Below are positions 51,626-64,000 of a stretch of 64,000 nt of DNA, one piece after another. This DNA is from Camelus ferus (Eukaryota). The position numbers were made by a program, and so were the translations under genes. The stretch's first letter is position 1; each line of letters opens with the position of its first letter. The stretch spans positions 47,122,001-47,186,000 of the forward strand of contig NC_045707.1 in NCBI RefSeq assembly GCF_009834535.1, given 5' to 3'. The notes under the pieces were generated by a model. The model saw only the letters and a list, made by a program, of their open reading frames with translations. It did not search any database and was not told where the DNA came from.

Positions 51626-54189
51626 ACAGTGACAAACATTGATGGCAGAGCTAACTACCAGAAGACAGAATAGCAATCTCTAATGGATGCGTTACCTTCA
51701 GCTAGAGACCACTGCACTTTTAGATGAAGATAACTGGCAGGTGAATTTGCAGTCAGCTCAAAAGTGTATAGACCTGGGACAAGTCTTAGGCAACTGAAAA
51801 TTTTTTATACGCCTAAAGACTCAATTAAATCTTTGAATGCACAACAGGTTCTTATAAAAAAGTGAAGGAGAATTTGAAGGAAAGTATGTTATGGAAATCT
51901 AACAAATATGAACAAAAAAAGACTGGAAATTTCTACACTAAACTATTGACAATTGGGTATCTTTCATGTTGGGATCGTGGGTGACTTAAAATTTCTTAGT
52001 TATGCTTTTCCTCACTTTCCAGCATTTCTACAATGTATATGTATATTACTTTGGTGATTTTTTTGTTTTAGAAGGAAAATCTTGGAAATGATAAAGACAA
52101 GCACTAGCTTTTCTCATACTCCACCATGGGTTAATTGCATCTGTTTGTAGAGACTAAAGCAGAGGAGGTCCTTGAACTTTTCTGGCTCTTTGGAAACTCT
52201 TTTGATCAGGATTAGAAAAGATCCATACAAGTACATTAATTTGGTCCTGATAGCTGAGTTTATCTCTCTCTCCCTTATAAGTTAAAAGGAAGTTATTTAT
52301 TGGTAATTATAAATATCGATTCTAGATTGTGTAGGTGTGCATTGTTTTTGTAGCTTTTTCTTTTCTTTTTCTTTTTTTACGCTATAGGTTCCTACTAGCA
52401 GAAGCCCCTCAAAAGAGGCCTCTAAAGGATCATGAACCTCTTGAAATTGTACACAAATCACGTGTTTGTGTACATGTATACATTCTTTGGAGAGAATGAG
52501 TTCACAGCTTTCATACATATTCAGGGAACCCCTTAAAAGGATTAAGAACCACTACCTGAAATGAACCCACCTATAAATCCCAGACAAGGGCAGTGGGAGT
52601 CTGAATTTTTTGTTAGGAAGCTAGAGTCAAAGTTGGAATCAGGTGACACTGTCAGTAATCCAGGTATGGGGTTCAAGAATAAGGTATTATAGTTTTGGGT
52701 TGATCATAAGCTTATAAATCAGAATTCAGATGTAGGAGCAGAAACTGGAACCAGGAAAGAAGAACAGAAAGAACACAACACAGGCAGTTTTAGTAAATAC
52801 CTGTTGCTTAAAAAGGAATTGATTGTAGATTTGGGTAAGACAGGAAGTTTTCTAGTAGCAATTACATATTCCGGTATGAGTTAATGCATCTGAGCTAGCA
52901 GATAACTACGTGATTACTCCAACTCTCCTTCCTAAGGGGTCTCACCACACTCTATGAACAGTCTACAAGAGATTCAGGGATGATGGGCTCCCTGCTTTCT
53001 GTTACTTCGTTACTACTTTCACTACATTTATAAATTATGTCGGAGGCTTTAAAATCTTTAGGGAGTGAGCACAGAAAAGTGATTATTTTTAATAATAATA
53101 ATTAATAATAATAAAATAATAGAAACCATATCATACAAATGCAGATTATTGTAGGATCAAGAATGGATGGTTAGTAGGACTGATTTTCATGAAACTTTGC
53201 ATGAATTTACTTCTATAAGTTCAACACAAACATTGTGGTAGGCCCTGTGGAGGATACAAAAGAAGTAGAAGACAGAGTTCTTAACCTCAGGATGTTTGCA
53301 GTCTTTTCAGGAAACATGAAGCAGTATAAAGCACTATAATAGTGTAGAGCAGAACGTTTAACTCAATGTGGTCAGGTGCCAAATTGTAACCACATTCAGA
53401 AGCTAGTTGAGGGCTTTTGGAAACTGCTCTTCAAGGGTAACACACATGTGCATACACCCCTGCACACACACGTGTGCGCACAAGCAACACAGGACCCTGC
53501 CCCTCCCTAATGAAAGTAGCTTTCATGATCACTTTCCCTTTCATTTTTAAAAATAAAATTAGTAATATGGTGTATAGAAGACATGTTCTATTTCAGTTTC
53601 ATGTTCTCCAAGAGTCTTCTATATTCTAGTTTTCTGTAAAAGTCACATTATCTTAAAAGGCAAACATCCATGCATAGATGCTTTTCTATTGATGAATTTT
53701 TCAGGCTGAGCCTTTATATATCTAGTCATCAAAGAAAAAAAGTATTGTTCTTCCTTATTTAACAGAGTTTAATAATGTAGGATAAATATTCACTTATTTA
53801 ATTTAAGCCAAGCATAGTGGGTTTTTCTGCATTTAAGAGACACACTTGCATTTCCTAGTTTTGTTTGCCATTTAAATCTCAACCATAGTTTTTCAAATAT
53901 AGTACTGTATGTGAAGATTCATCTTTATCGCTTTTAACTATCTGGAAAAATGAATGCTAAAGTTATCTTTGGTTCCTACTTCTATGTGGATTAATTAGAT
54001 AAGAAATTTAAAAAATCCACATTTGAATAAACTCAGGGATGTTTCAAGACAGAATACATCAGTATATGCTTGAGGAAAATACTGAGTTTATATCCGATTT
54101 GAAACTGAAGCACAAAACTGTTTTGAAATATCTGATCACAGGAGCACAAGCTATGTCTCCATGGGCTCTCTAACGATATCATTTGCCAA

Positions 54190-54375
54190 AGCCACTGTGT
54201 TGTTCTAGTCTGTAGGAAAAGGCTTTCTGGGCCAAAAGACAAGGCATCTGTGCTCTGGTGGCAGTGCCTTTATTCCCTTCATCTGTTTTCTTCTTTCTGG
54301 AGCGGGGTCATAATACCTGCCTACCCATCTCTCAGGGTTTTGTGAAGACAAACTGATAAAAATTGGAAACATTTT
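54190..54375 (+). mobile_element. MIR SINE
   Basis: taatacctgcct...ctcagggttttgtgaaga tail. Confidence 0.45.
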
Positions 54376-56499
54376 GGGTAAAACAGAACACATTCAAAAT
54401 TTCAAGATAACTTTCTAAGGAAAAACTTGACTTAAGTGAAAATCAAATGGAAGTATAATGATCATAACATTTCATTTCCCCCAGATTACCAGGGAAATTT
54501 CAAGGAAATTAGGTTTTAGGGAGACTGTAAATTCTGTATCACTTTCAAAGCATTCCTTCCCACTGTGGTGATTCCAGCCATGTGGGTTCTGTGAGTAACA
54601 TCTGCCCCTACTCTGTTGCTGGCAAAGTCTAAGGAGCATAGGAAAAGATGAATGATTTGTTGGAAAGACACTTAGGGTAAATAGGAGATTGCTATTTACA
54701 AATGGTGTTGAAGTTCTTTGTTTAAGAAAGTGTTCCACAGAGATTTAGGAACTTGTGGCAAGCTCATCAGACCGTCTAGTCACCATCAAAGGCAGTGATG
54801 GGACGAAACCTCTGCGAAGTGTCACATAAGAGCCTGAGTTTTCTTCTTCCCAACTGCATATCTTTATACCACTTCTCATTTATTTGTACTCCTTGTTCAA
54901 CAGTCCTCTCTTCTCACAAAGCCTTCCTAGAACTGGTCCCACCTTCAGGTCAGTAGAGGCTTAAATAAATTTTTCTTGAGGAAATTTCAGAATAATTCCT
55001 GCTTCTGTCCATAATCTAGTGATATTGTACCTGTTTTTCTCAGCTAAAGGAAACTGATGGCTAAAACACTTCCTAAACTTTTGTCTATTGCTGCCTGCAC
55101 CTTCTTTGAGGAGTTCTTGTTTACTCATCACTAGTATTGAGAACTTTTAAAAGGGTTAAATCCATATTATTATTCCAAAGTATTTGGGGAAAAAACCCCA
55201 AATGTCTAGTAATAGAGAAATGATTATATAAATTACAGTATCCACTTCAAAGAGTACTATGTAGCTATAAAAAACTATGCTTAGTTTCTAGAAAAAAGGC
55301 AAGAGCTTGTTACAAAGTTAGTTTTTTAAGTATAAAAAGTAAATATAATACAGTCATAATTATATGAAGATCTTTGAATATAGATGGGGTTTTTTTCTTT
55401 ACCCTTTCCTGTATTTTCCCAATTTTCTATCATGAGCAGGTTCATTTTTATGTTAGAGTTGCTTTGTGGTATTTTTCCCCCAGCCAAATCTTACTTACTT
55501 TCACATTTGGTTAAAAAGAATAAAAGCATGTATAATCCAAACCATAATGATTTAAAAAATTCTGGAAGGACTGGTGTACAATGAGTGAGTTCACTCCAGA
55601 CCACTCACCTTTAAGTTAGACCTAGAGATCAGCCTGTTATTTGCAAAGTAGGAAGTGGTGAGGTTACTGTAGCTTTGTGGTTGACTTCATTTAACCTCAG
55701 CCACTGTAGGCGTAGCTACCTCGAAAGCCCCCATTACTGCCCTCCCCTTCATCCTTCACTACCTCTTCCCTTTCCAACTTTCCATTTTGTTTTCACACCT
55801 CTCCAATGACTTAAATCAATGAACAGGAAGGGAGGAAAAAATGAGACAGGTCAAACTTAAAGGTATAGGAAAGATTCTTTTTTCTTTACTTCTATCTCTG
55901 CAGGCAGGAGAGGTCCCTTTGGACCAGTTCTGAGAAATAGAACTATTTCATGTGACTAAGCACTCAACTACTTCAGCCAGTGGAGCTTGTGACCCAGTTG
56001 TGGGAGTGCAGTTGAGTTCCCTTTTAGTTCTTAGAGAGAATTTTAAAAGGCTCTGGAGCATGTACCAGTTTCTTTTTTCCTTTCCTTCTTTTGAACACTA
56101 AACATTTATGGCAATGATTAATATTACTCCATTAACAGTTTGTGAAATTGACCAAGGCTTAAAGCAGCTTTTTTGGAATAAGATTGTTACAGTATCGTAT
56201 TCAATAAAGGTTTTGTGGGCAGAGACTACGTAAGGGTGGTGCATATTTAGAGGCCCCCTAAAATCTCCATGAGCTCTTCGAGGACACCTAAAATCAACCA
56301 AAAAAAAAAAAATTGTATTCTGTGATACAAACAATACTTTCTCAATCTTATTTAAAATGTTGAGGAGGAAAACCGTCTCTAGGAAATTTTGCCTTTGCTG
56401 TTTATATAATAGCATATAATTTGTGCAATTATAAGAGGAGTCCCCTAAGTACTATCTAGTAGGGAAGCAAAGTAAATATTTGTAAGCTGAGAAGGAAGA

Positions 56500-57350
56500 A
56501 CAGTAACAGATGTATGTCCAGAGTACTACTCTCCCTGGGTCTCCAGGAAGGCTGGCAGCGGAGGTCTTGAAATGAGAGTTTCCAGGCAAACAGGGAAAGA
56601 AGAAGAGGGACCTGTGCTAAGGGAAGGCACTGCTGTGTGAAAGAGAATCTTCAGGAAAACGAAAGCTACTTGCTAAGAATAGCTGAAGACGAGGCCAAAG
56701 AAGCAGACATCAGCTAACTCAGACTTAAATGCAGGCTAGTGAGTTTGGGCTTTATAGACCAGGAGTATCAAAATGACCTCAGAAAGAGTTTTATTGGGCT
56801 GGTGCAGCTGTTTTAAAATAGTTTTAGGTTTAAATGCCTTTAATTGAGACAGCTCTTTTCCATTTCCCTGTTGCCCTCTACTTGGCTGTATTAAACCCCA
56901 TGACTGCGCATATTTAAATACCTGGGAATGAAGGCATTTGAGATTGTCTCAAGAAACCTCTGAGGAGACAATGGAGAGCCGTGGAAGAACTGGAATAGGA
57001 CAATGGTGTGATCTGATTTGTAATTTAGGAAGGTCAGGCATGCAGTTAAGTGGAGAACAGGTTTTGTGATGGTGGCACAAACTGGAGAGAAAGGCTAATC
57101 AAGAAAGATTTATTCAGGAGATAGACTCTGTAGGACTTGGTAACTGATTGTAAGTGGAAAATGAAGAAGGAGGTCTAAAATGGCTTCTGGGTTCTTGGTC
57201 TGGTAAAGGGGTGGATTAGGATGTCATTCACTGAGATGGGGGCTTTGCAAAAGCGGTAATAGAGTGGAGACAATACAGGAATGTTCAATTTGAGACCAGG
57301 TAAGTTTGATGGTCCTGTGGGACATTTTTGACAAGCTGTCCAGTGGGCTA
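56500..57350 (-). mobile_element. LINE-2 fragments (possibly interrupted by a short DNA-transposon piece ~56760-56960)
   Basis: ggcaatggagagcc-like, gtgtgatctgatttg, cattcactgagatggg and gttcaattttgagac motifs. Confidence 0.5.
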
Positions 57351-58531
57351 GTGTGATGGATCCTGTGGGCATCCTGATTCAGATCCAAGCCAGGTTGTTA
57401 GGTGCAAGCTTCTCTTAGTACTGTGTCTGCCAGCTTCCTTGACTGTGTCCCAAGGAAAGACTGGATTTCTGTTCTCACTTGTTCCCACCTACCTCACTTC
57501 TCAATTTGTATCTATCCTGCAGGGGTTTTAAGGAGGAAGAATGTAATTATGTTTCATCTTCTTGTGACTGTTTCCTCCCTTTTCCACCCATCCTAACTGC
57601 CCCAGGGTTGTTTGTGCTGTTATTGTTAGGAGGTAATTCTGCCTGCATGGTTAACCACCCAGCAGCCCATGCTGAGATTCGTGGGCTGCATGTGAACATG
57701 AGCTGCTACCAACAAGAGGTGGCAGACACCCAGCCTTGGCCGTGAGCACTCCTGGAACAGAAGGCTTCCCTGTCCCATAAAGATGGGCTAATTTTATCTA
57801 TAATAGGCCTACTAGAGGGGGTGGAGCTCAGCTAATCTGCTTATGGGATTGAAACTAATGGTAAAACCATTCTTAGAAGCTTGGCCGGACATATGCCAAA
57901 GAACAGCTGCTTCTTGGAGCCATCATAAAGCATTTGTATTGCCTTCAGTTATTTGAAGCCTTCTCCTCTGCTTCTAAGAGGGGTTTGGGTACTATAAATA
58001 AGATCTACTTAATGCGTGCCTCAAAATGACCACATTGTTGGTGTGACTTTGGCATTCGAAGCTGTCTGAAAGATGAATGACCAGCGAGTACAACCCAAGC
58101 AGGACCACTATCAGGGATGGATACCCAGTGATATTACTCCATGGAAAAGCAGTGCACTATGAATCTCAATGTGGCTCCTTGATGTTTTGGGTAATCTGCA
58201 CACTACCCGTTGAGGTAGTGGGAAGGAATATCCAGATTAAGGGCAAGAGAGGATCGTTGCAACATATTTGAATACATTTGTACATTTGTGTTTATTTTAA
58301 CTATTACAATGCTGGTTGACAAGTTGAAAAAAAAAGAAAGTTAAAAAAACCACCCATATCCCACCACCCAAAAATCCCTTCTGAATCCTTTTTTGCAAGT
58401 ATATATACAAACACTATATTCATTATAAAGTTGAGATCATGTTGTACATTTAGAGGTTTTGTTCCTTATTTAAATTGATGTATAATTTACATAAAGTGGA
58501 ATATATGGCTGTTAAGTGTACCTTTTAATGA

Positions 58532-61500
58532 GTTTTTTTTAATTGATGGATAGTCAGTTTACAATATGTCAATTTCTGGTGTACAGCATAATAGTTTGGT
58601 CATACATACATATATTCATTTTCATATTCTTTTTCATTATAGATTACTACAAGATATTGAATATAGTTCCCTGTGCTATCCAGTATAAACTTGTTTATCT
58701 AGTTTATATATAGTAGTTAGTATCTGCAAGTCTTGAACTCCCAGTTTGTCCCTTCCCCAACTGGTAACCATTAGTTTATTTTCAATGTCTGTGAGTCTGT
58801 TTCTGTTTTGTAAATAAGTTCATTTGTGTGTTATTTTTTTAAGATTCCACATATAAGTGGTATCATATGGTATTTTTCTGTTCCTTTCTGGCTTACTTCA
58901 CTTAGAATGACAATCTCCAGGTCCATCCATGTTGCTGCACATGGCATTATTTTATTATTTTTTATTGCTGAGTAGTATTGCATTGTATGAATATACCACA
59001 ACTTCTTTATCCAGTCATCTGTTGATAGACATTTAGGTTGTTTCCATGTCTTGGCTATTGTAAATAGTACTGCTATGAACATTGGGGTGCATGTATCTTT
59101 TTGAATTAAGGTTCCCTCTGGATATTTGCCCAGGAGTAGGATTGCTGGATCATATGGTAAGTCTATTTTTAGCTTTTTTGAGAAATCTCCATACTGTTTT
59201 TCATAATGGCTGCACCAACTTATATTCCCACAAACAGTGTAGGAGGGTTACCCTCTCTAGCATTTATCGTTTGTGGGTTTTTGAATGATGGCCATTCTGA
59301 CCCATGTGAGGTGATACCTCATTGTAGTTTTGATTTGCATTTCTCTCATAATTAGTGATATTGAGCATTTTTTCATTGCCTATTGGCTGTTTGTATGTCT
59401 TCATTGGAGAATTGCTTGTTTAGGTCATCTTCCCATTTTTGGATTGGGTTTTGTTTTTTCTTATTAGGTTGTATAAGCTGTTTATAAATTCTGGAAATTA
59501 AGCCCTGTCGGTCTCATCTTTTGCAAATATTTTCTTCCATTCTGCAGGTTGTCTTTTTGTTTTGCTTATGGTTTCCTTTGCTGTGTAAAAGCTTATAAGT
59601 TTAATTAGGTCCCATTTGTTTATTTTTGCTTTTATTTCTATTGCCTGGGTAGACTGCCCTAGGAGAACATTGCTGAGATTTATGTCAGAGAATGTTTTGC
59701 CTATGTTTTCTTCTAAGAGGTTTATAGTGTCTTGTCTTATGTTTAAGTTTTTAACCCATTTTGAGTTTATTTTTTGTATATAGTGTGAGGAATTATTCTA
59801 ACTTAATTGATTTACATGCAGCTCTCCAGTTTTCCCAACACCATTTGCTGAAGAGACTGTGTTTACTCCATTGTATGTTCTTGTTTCCTCTCTCAAAGAT
59901 TAATGGACCAAAAGTCTGTGGGTTTATTTCTGGGTTCTCTATTCTGTTCCATTAATCTGTATATCTGTTTTTGTACCACTACCATGCTATTTTGATTACT
60001 GTAGCTATGTAGTATTGTCTGAAGTCTGGGAGGGTTATTCCCCCAGCTTCATTCTTTTTCTTCAATATTACTTTGGCAATTCTGGGTCTTTTTTGATTCC
60101 ATATAAATTTTAGGATTATTTGTTCTAGTTCTGTGAAAAATGTTCTGGCTAATTTGATAGGTATCACATGAAATCTGTAGATTGCTTTGGATAGTATGGC
60201 CATTTTAACAATATTAATTCTTCCAATCCAAAAACATGGGATATCTTTCCATTTCTTTAAGTCATCTTTAGTTTCCTTAGTCAATATTTTGTAATTCTCC
60301 ATGTATAAGTCTTTCATTTCCTTGGTCAGATTTATTCCTAAGTATTTAATTTTTTTGGATGCAATTTTAAAAGTGATTATTTCTTTACTTTCTTTTCCTG
60401 ATATTTCATTGTTAGTGTAAAGAAATGCAACTGATTTCTATATGTTAATCTTGTATCCTGCTACCTTGCTGAATTCTTTTATCAGCTCTAGTAGTTTTTG
60501 TGTGGAGCCTTTAGGGTTTTCTCCATATAGTATCACGTCACCTGAATATAGCGAAAATTTTACCTCTTCTCTTCCAATTTGGATCCCTTTTATTTCTTTT
60601 TCTTGTCTAATTGCTATAGCTAAGACTTCTAATACTATATTGAATAGAAGTGGTGAGAGTGGGCATCTTTATCTTGTGCCGGATTTTATCAGGAAGGTTT
60701 TCAACTTTTCACCATTGATTATTATGCTGGCTGTAGGTTTGTCATAAATAGCTTTTATTATGTTGAGATATGTTCCCTCCGTACCCACTTTGGTTAGAGT
60801 TTTTATCATAAATGGGATGTTGAATGTTAAATGGGTGTTCAAATGCTTTTTCTGCATCTATTGAGATAATCATGTGATTTTTGTCCTTTCTATTGTTGAT
60901 GTGGTGTATCATGTTAGTTGATTTGTGTATGTTGAACCATCCTTGTGTCCCTGGGATGAACCCAATTTAATCATAGTATGTAATCTTATGTGTTGTTGGA
61001 TTCTGTTTGCTAATATTTTGTTGAGGATTTTTGCATCTATGTTCATTAATGATATCGGCCTATAATTTTCTGTTTTGGTAGTGTCTTTCTCTGGCTTTGG
61101 TATCAGGGTGATGATGACTTCATAGAATGAGTTTGGGAGTGGTCCCTCCTCTCAGTCTTTTGGAAGAGTTTGAGAAGGATCAGTATGAGTTCTTCTTTGT
61201 ATGTTTAATAGAATTCCCCAGTGAAGCCATCTGGCCCTGGACTTTTATTTGCAGGGAGGTTTTTTATTGCTGATTCTATTTCACTTCTGGTGATTGGTCT
61301 GTTCACATGATCTATTTCTTCTTCATTCAGTTTTGGTGGACTATATGTTTCTAGAAACTTGCCCATTTCTTCTGAGTTGTCCAGTTTATTGCCATATAGT
61401 GTTCATAATATTCTCTCATGATTTTTTGTATTTCTGTGATGTTGATTGTAATTTCTCCATTTTCCTTTCTTATTTTGTTTATTTGCTTCCTCTCTCTTTT

Positions 61501-63640
61501 CTTCTTGGTGAGCCTGGACAGAGTTTTATCAATTTTGTTTACTCTTTCAAAAAACCAGCTCTTGGCTTGATTGATTTTTTTCAATTGTTTTAAATCTCTA
61601 TTTCATTTATTTCCTCCTGATCTTTATTATTTCTTTCCTTCAGCTGACTTTAGGTTTCATTCATTCTTCTTTTTCTAATTCTTTTAGGTAGTAGATTAGG
61701 TTGTTTATTTGAGATTGCTCTTTTTTTTTTTTTTTTTTTTAAAGGAAGGCCTATATCACTATGAACTTCCCTCTTAGGACTGCTTTTGCTGCATCCCACA
61801 GATTTTGTGTGGTTGTGTTTTCATTGTTGTTTGTCTCAAAGTATTTTTTAATTTCTTCTTTGATTTCATCATTGAGCCCTTGGTTTTTTAGTAGCATGTT
61901 GTTTAGTCTCCATGTAGTCAGTTTTTTCTTATTTGTTTTTCTGTAGTTGATTTCTAGTTTCATGCCATTGTGGTCAGAAAAGATGCTTGAAATAATTTCT
62001 GTCCTCTTAAATCTATTGAGGCTTCTTTTGTGCCTGAGTATGTGGTCTATCCTAGAGAATGTTCCATAAGCACTTGAAAAGAATGTGCATTCTGTTTTGG
62101 GGGGATGTAATGTCCTAAAAATATCAACCAAGTCCAACTGTTCTATTGTGTTATTTAGTATCTCTGTTGCATTATTGCTTTTTTGTCTGGAAGACCTGTC
62201 CAATGATGTTAGTGGGGTGTTAAATTGTCCTGCTATTATTGTATTCCCATCAATTTCTCCCTTTATGTCTGTTAGTATTTGTTTTATACATTTAGGTGCT
62301 CCTATGTTGGGTGCATATATGTTAACGAATGTAATATCTTCATCTTGTATTGCTCCTTTGATCATTATATGGTGTCCTTCTTTATTTTTTATTTATGGCC
62401 TTTGTTTTAAAGTCTATTTTGTCTAATATGAGTATTGCTACTCCCTCTTTCTTGTCATTAACATTTGCATAAAATATCTTTTTCCATTCTTTCACTTTCA
62501 ATCTAATGTGTGTCCTTCACCCTAAAGTGGGTCTCTTGTAGGCAGTGTATTACAGGCTCTTGTTTTATTATCCAATCTGCCACTAAACTGGAGCATTTAG
62601 TCCATTGACATTTACCGTAATTATTGATAGATGTGTGTTTATTACCATTTTGAACTTTGTTTTCAGTTGATTTGTTATTTCTTCTTTGTTCTTTTCTTTT
62701 CCTTTTTTGGTTTTCTTTTTGTGGTTTGATAATTTTCTTTTGTATTAGCTTGGCATCTTTTTGGTGTTTGTGACTCTATTGTATGCTTTTTATTTGTGGT
62801 TACCTGTTTTTCAAGTATGTTAACCCATTACTATATCTATTTGCTTTAGACTGGTAGTCATGTAGGCTCAAACACATCCTAAAAGGAATGAAGAAAACAG
62901 CAACAACAACAAAAAAACAAAAACAAAGAAGAGGAGAAAAAAAAAATCTGTATTTTCTTGCTCTCCTCTCTCACTTTTTATGATTTTGATGTCTTTTTTT
63001 TTTTTTTTTTTTTTACATCTTCATGTTTATTCTCTCACAATTCTTTGTAGTTATTACATTTCCAATTATGGTTTTCTCATTTCTATAGCTTCCTGCCTTT
63101 CAAGATTTCTTTTAGGATAGGTTTAATATTGCTGAATTCTTTTGGTTTTTGCTTTTCTGTGAAATTCCTTATTTCTCCTTCTATTCTAAAGGATAGTCTT
63201 GCTGGATAGAGTATCCTAGGTTGCAGCTTTTTCTCATTAAGAATTTTGAATGTATCTTACCACTCCCTTCTGGCCTGCAGTATTTGTATTGAGAAATCAG
63301 CTGAAAGCCTTACCGGGATTCTTTTGTATCTAACTCTTTTTCTCTTGCTGCCTTTAAATCATTTCTTTAACTTTGGCTATCTTAATTGTAATATGTCTTG
63401 GTGTAGGTCTGTTGGGACCCTCTGTGATTCCTGTACTTGGATATCTATTTCCTTCTTTAGGCTTGGGTAGTTTTCAGTCATGATATCTTCAAATACCTTT
63501 TCAATGCCCCCTTCTCTTTCTTCTCCTTCTGGGACCCCTATTATGCATAGGTTGGCATGCTTTATATTATTCCAGTGATCCCTTATATTGCTTTCATTGG
63601 TTTTCACTTGCTTTTCTGTCTGCTGTTCTGATTGGATGAC
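58532..63640 (-). mobile_element. 5'-truncated, degenerate LINE-1 (partial ORF1, frameshifted ORF2, 3' UTR)
   Basis: - strand ORF fragments match L1: ORF1 (63377-63607, NLCIIGVPEGEE), endonuclease (61751-62365, VNIYAPN...FSRIDHIL...[10 protein letters not shown]), RT and C-terminal pieces (60669-60857, 59979-60317, 58831-59082); poly-T at the left end. Confidence 0.95.
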
Positions 63641-64000
63641 ATATATGAGCGATTTCTATTTCAATAATATTTATCCACAATATCACTTTTAATGGAAAAA
63701 TAATGTTTCTTTTTAATGAATGCACTGCACCATATTCATTTATTTAACCAGTTTCTATTAGTGGATACTTTGATTTCTTTAATTGTCTCCTTCCTCTGCC
63801 TCCTTCCTTCCTTGCTATTATGAACATCCCTGTTATCAGTATCATTATAGGTAAGACTTTGCATATGAGGCAACATGTGGTTCCAGTCTTAAAAGTGGAA
63901 TTGCTGTGTCAACTGCATATTTTAAAATATGCCCATTGTAAGGAATATTGCCAAATGGCCTCTAGAAAGACTGCCTTAGTTTATTTCTTAATATTGTTAA

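Noticed and set aside
57600..57900. Possible tRNA-derived SINE or structured RNA
   Set aside because: Only weak A/B-box resemblance and no cloverleaf could be built; unsupported without a search.
59082..63470. + strand ORFs inside the L1
   Set aside because: Typical antisense L1 shadow ORFs.
1..64000. CRISPR arrays, rRNA/tRNA genes, operon-like or prokaryotic systems
   Set aside because: None seen; the sequence is spliced-gene mammalian DNA throughout.

Overview
Mammalian genomic DNA; the L1 3' ends and the absence of recognisable young SINEs suggest a camelid-like laurasiatherian (inference). The window corresponds to the convergent UBE2N / NUDT4 gene pair. On the + strand are most of UBE2N intron 1, coding exons 2-4 (intact, active-site HPN...C motif) and the 3' UTR; exon 1 lies upstream of the window. 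Intron 1 carries a full-length HSPE1 (Hsp10) retrocopy with an open 102-codon ORF, poly(A) and TSD, inserted into a MER33-like element. On the - strand is the complete five-exon NUDT4 (DIPP2) gene with a CpG-island promoter. The main anomaly is an in-frame TAG at NUDT4 codon 12 (Tyr in orthologues), plus non-conservative changes in three exons, suggesting gene loss or a null allele; a consensus error is not excluded. The rest is old repeats (L2, MIR, hAT, LTR), truncated L1s (one with an apparent 3' transduction) and a ~5.1 kb degenerate L1. Orthologue comparisons and repeat-family names are from memory, not database searches; repeat boundaries are approximate.
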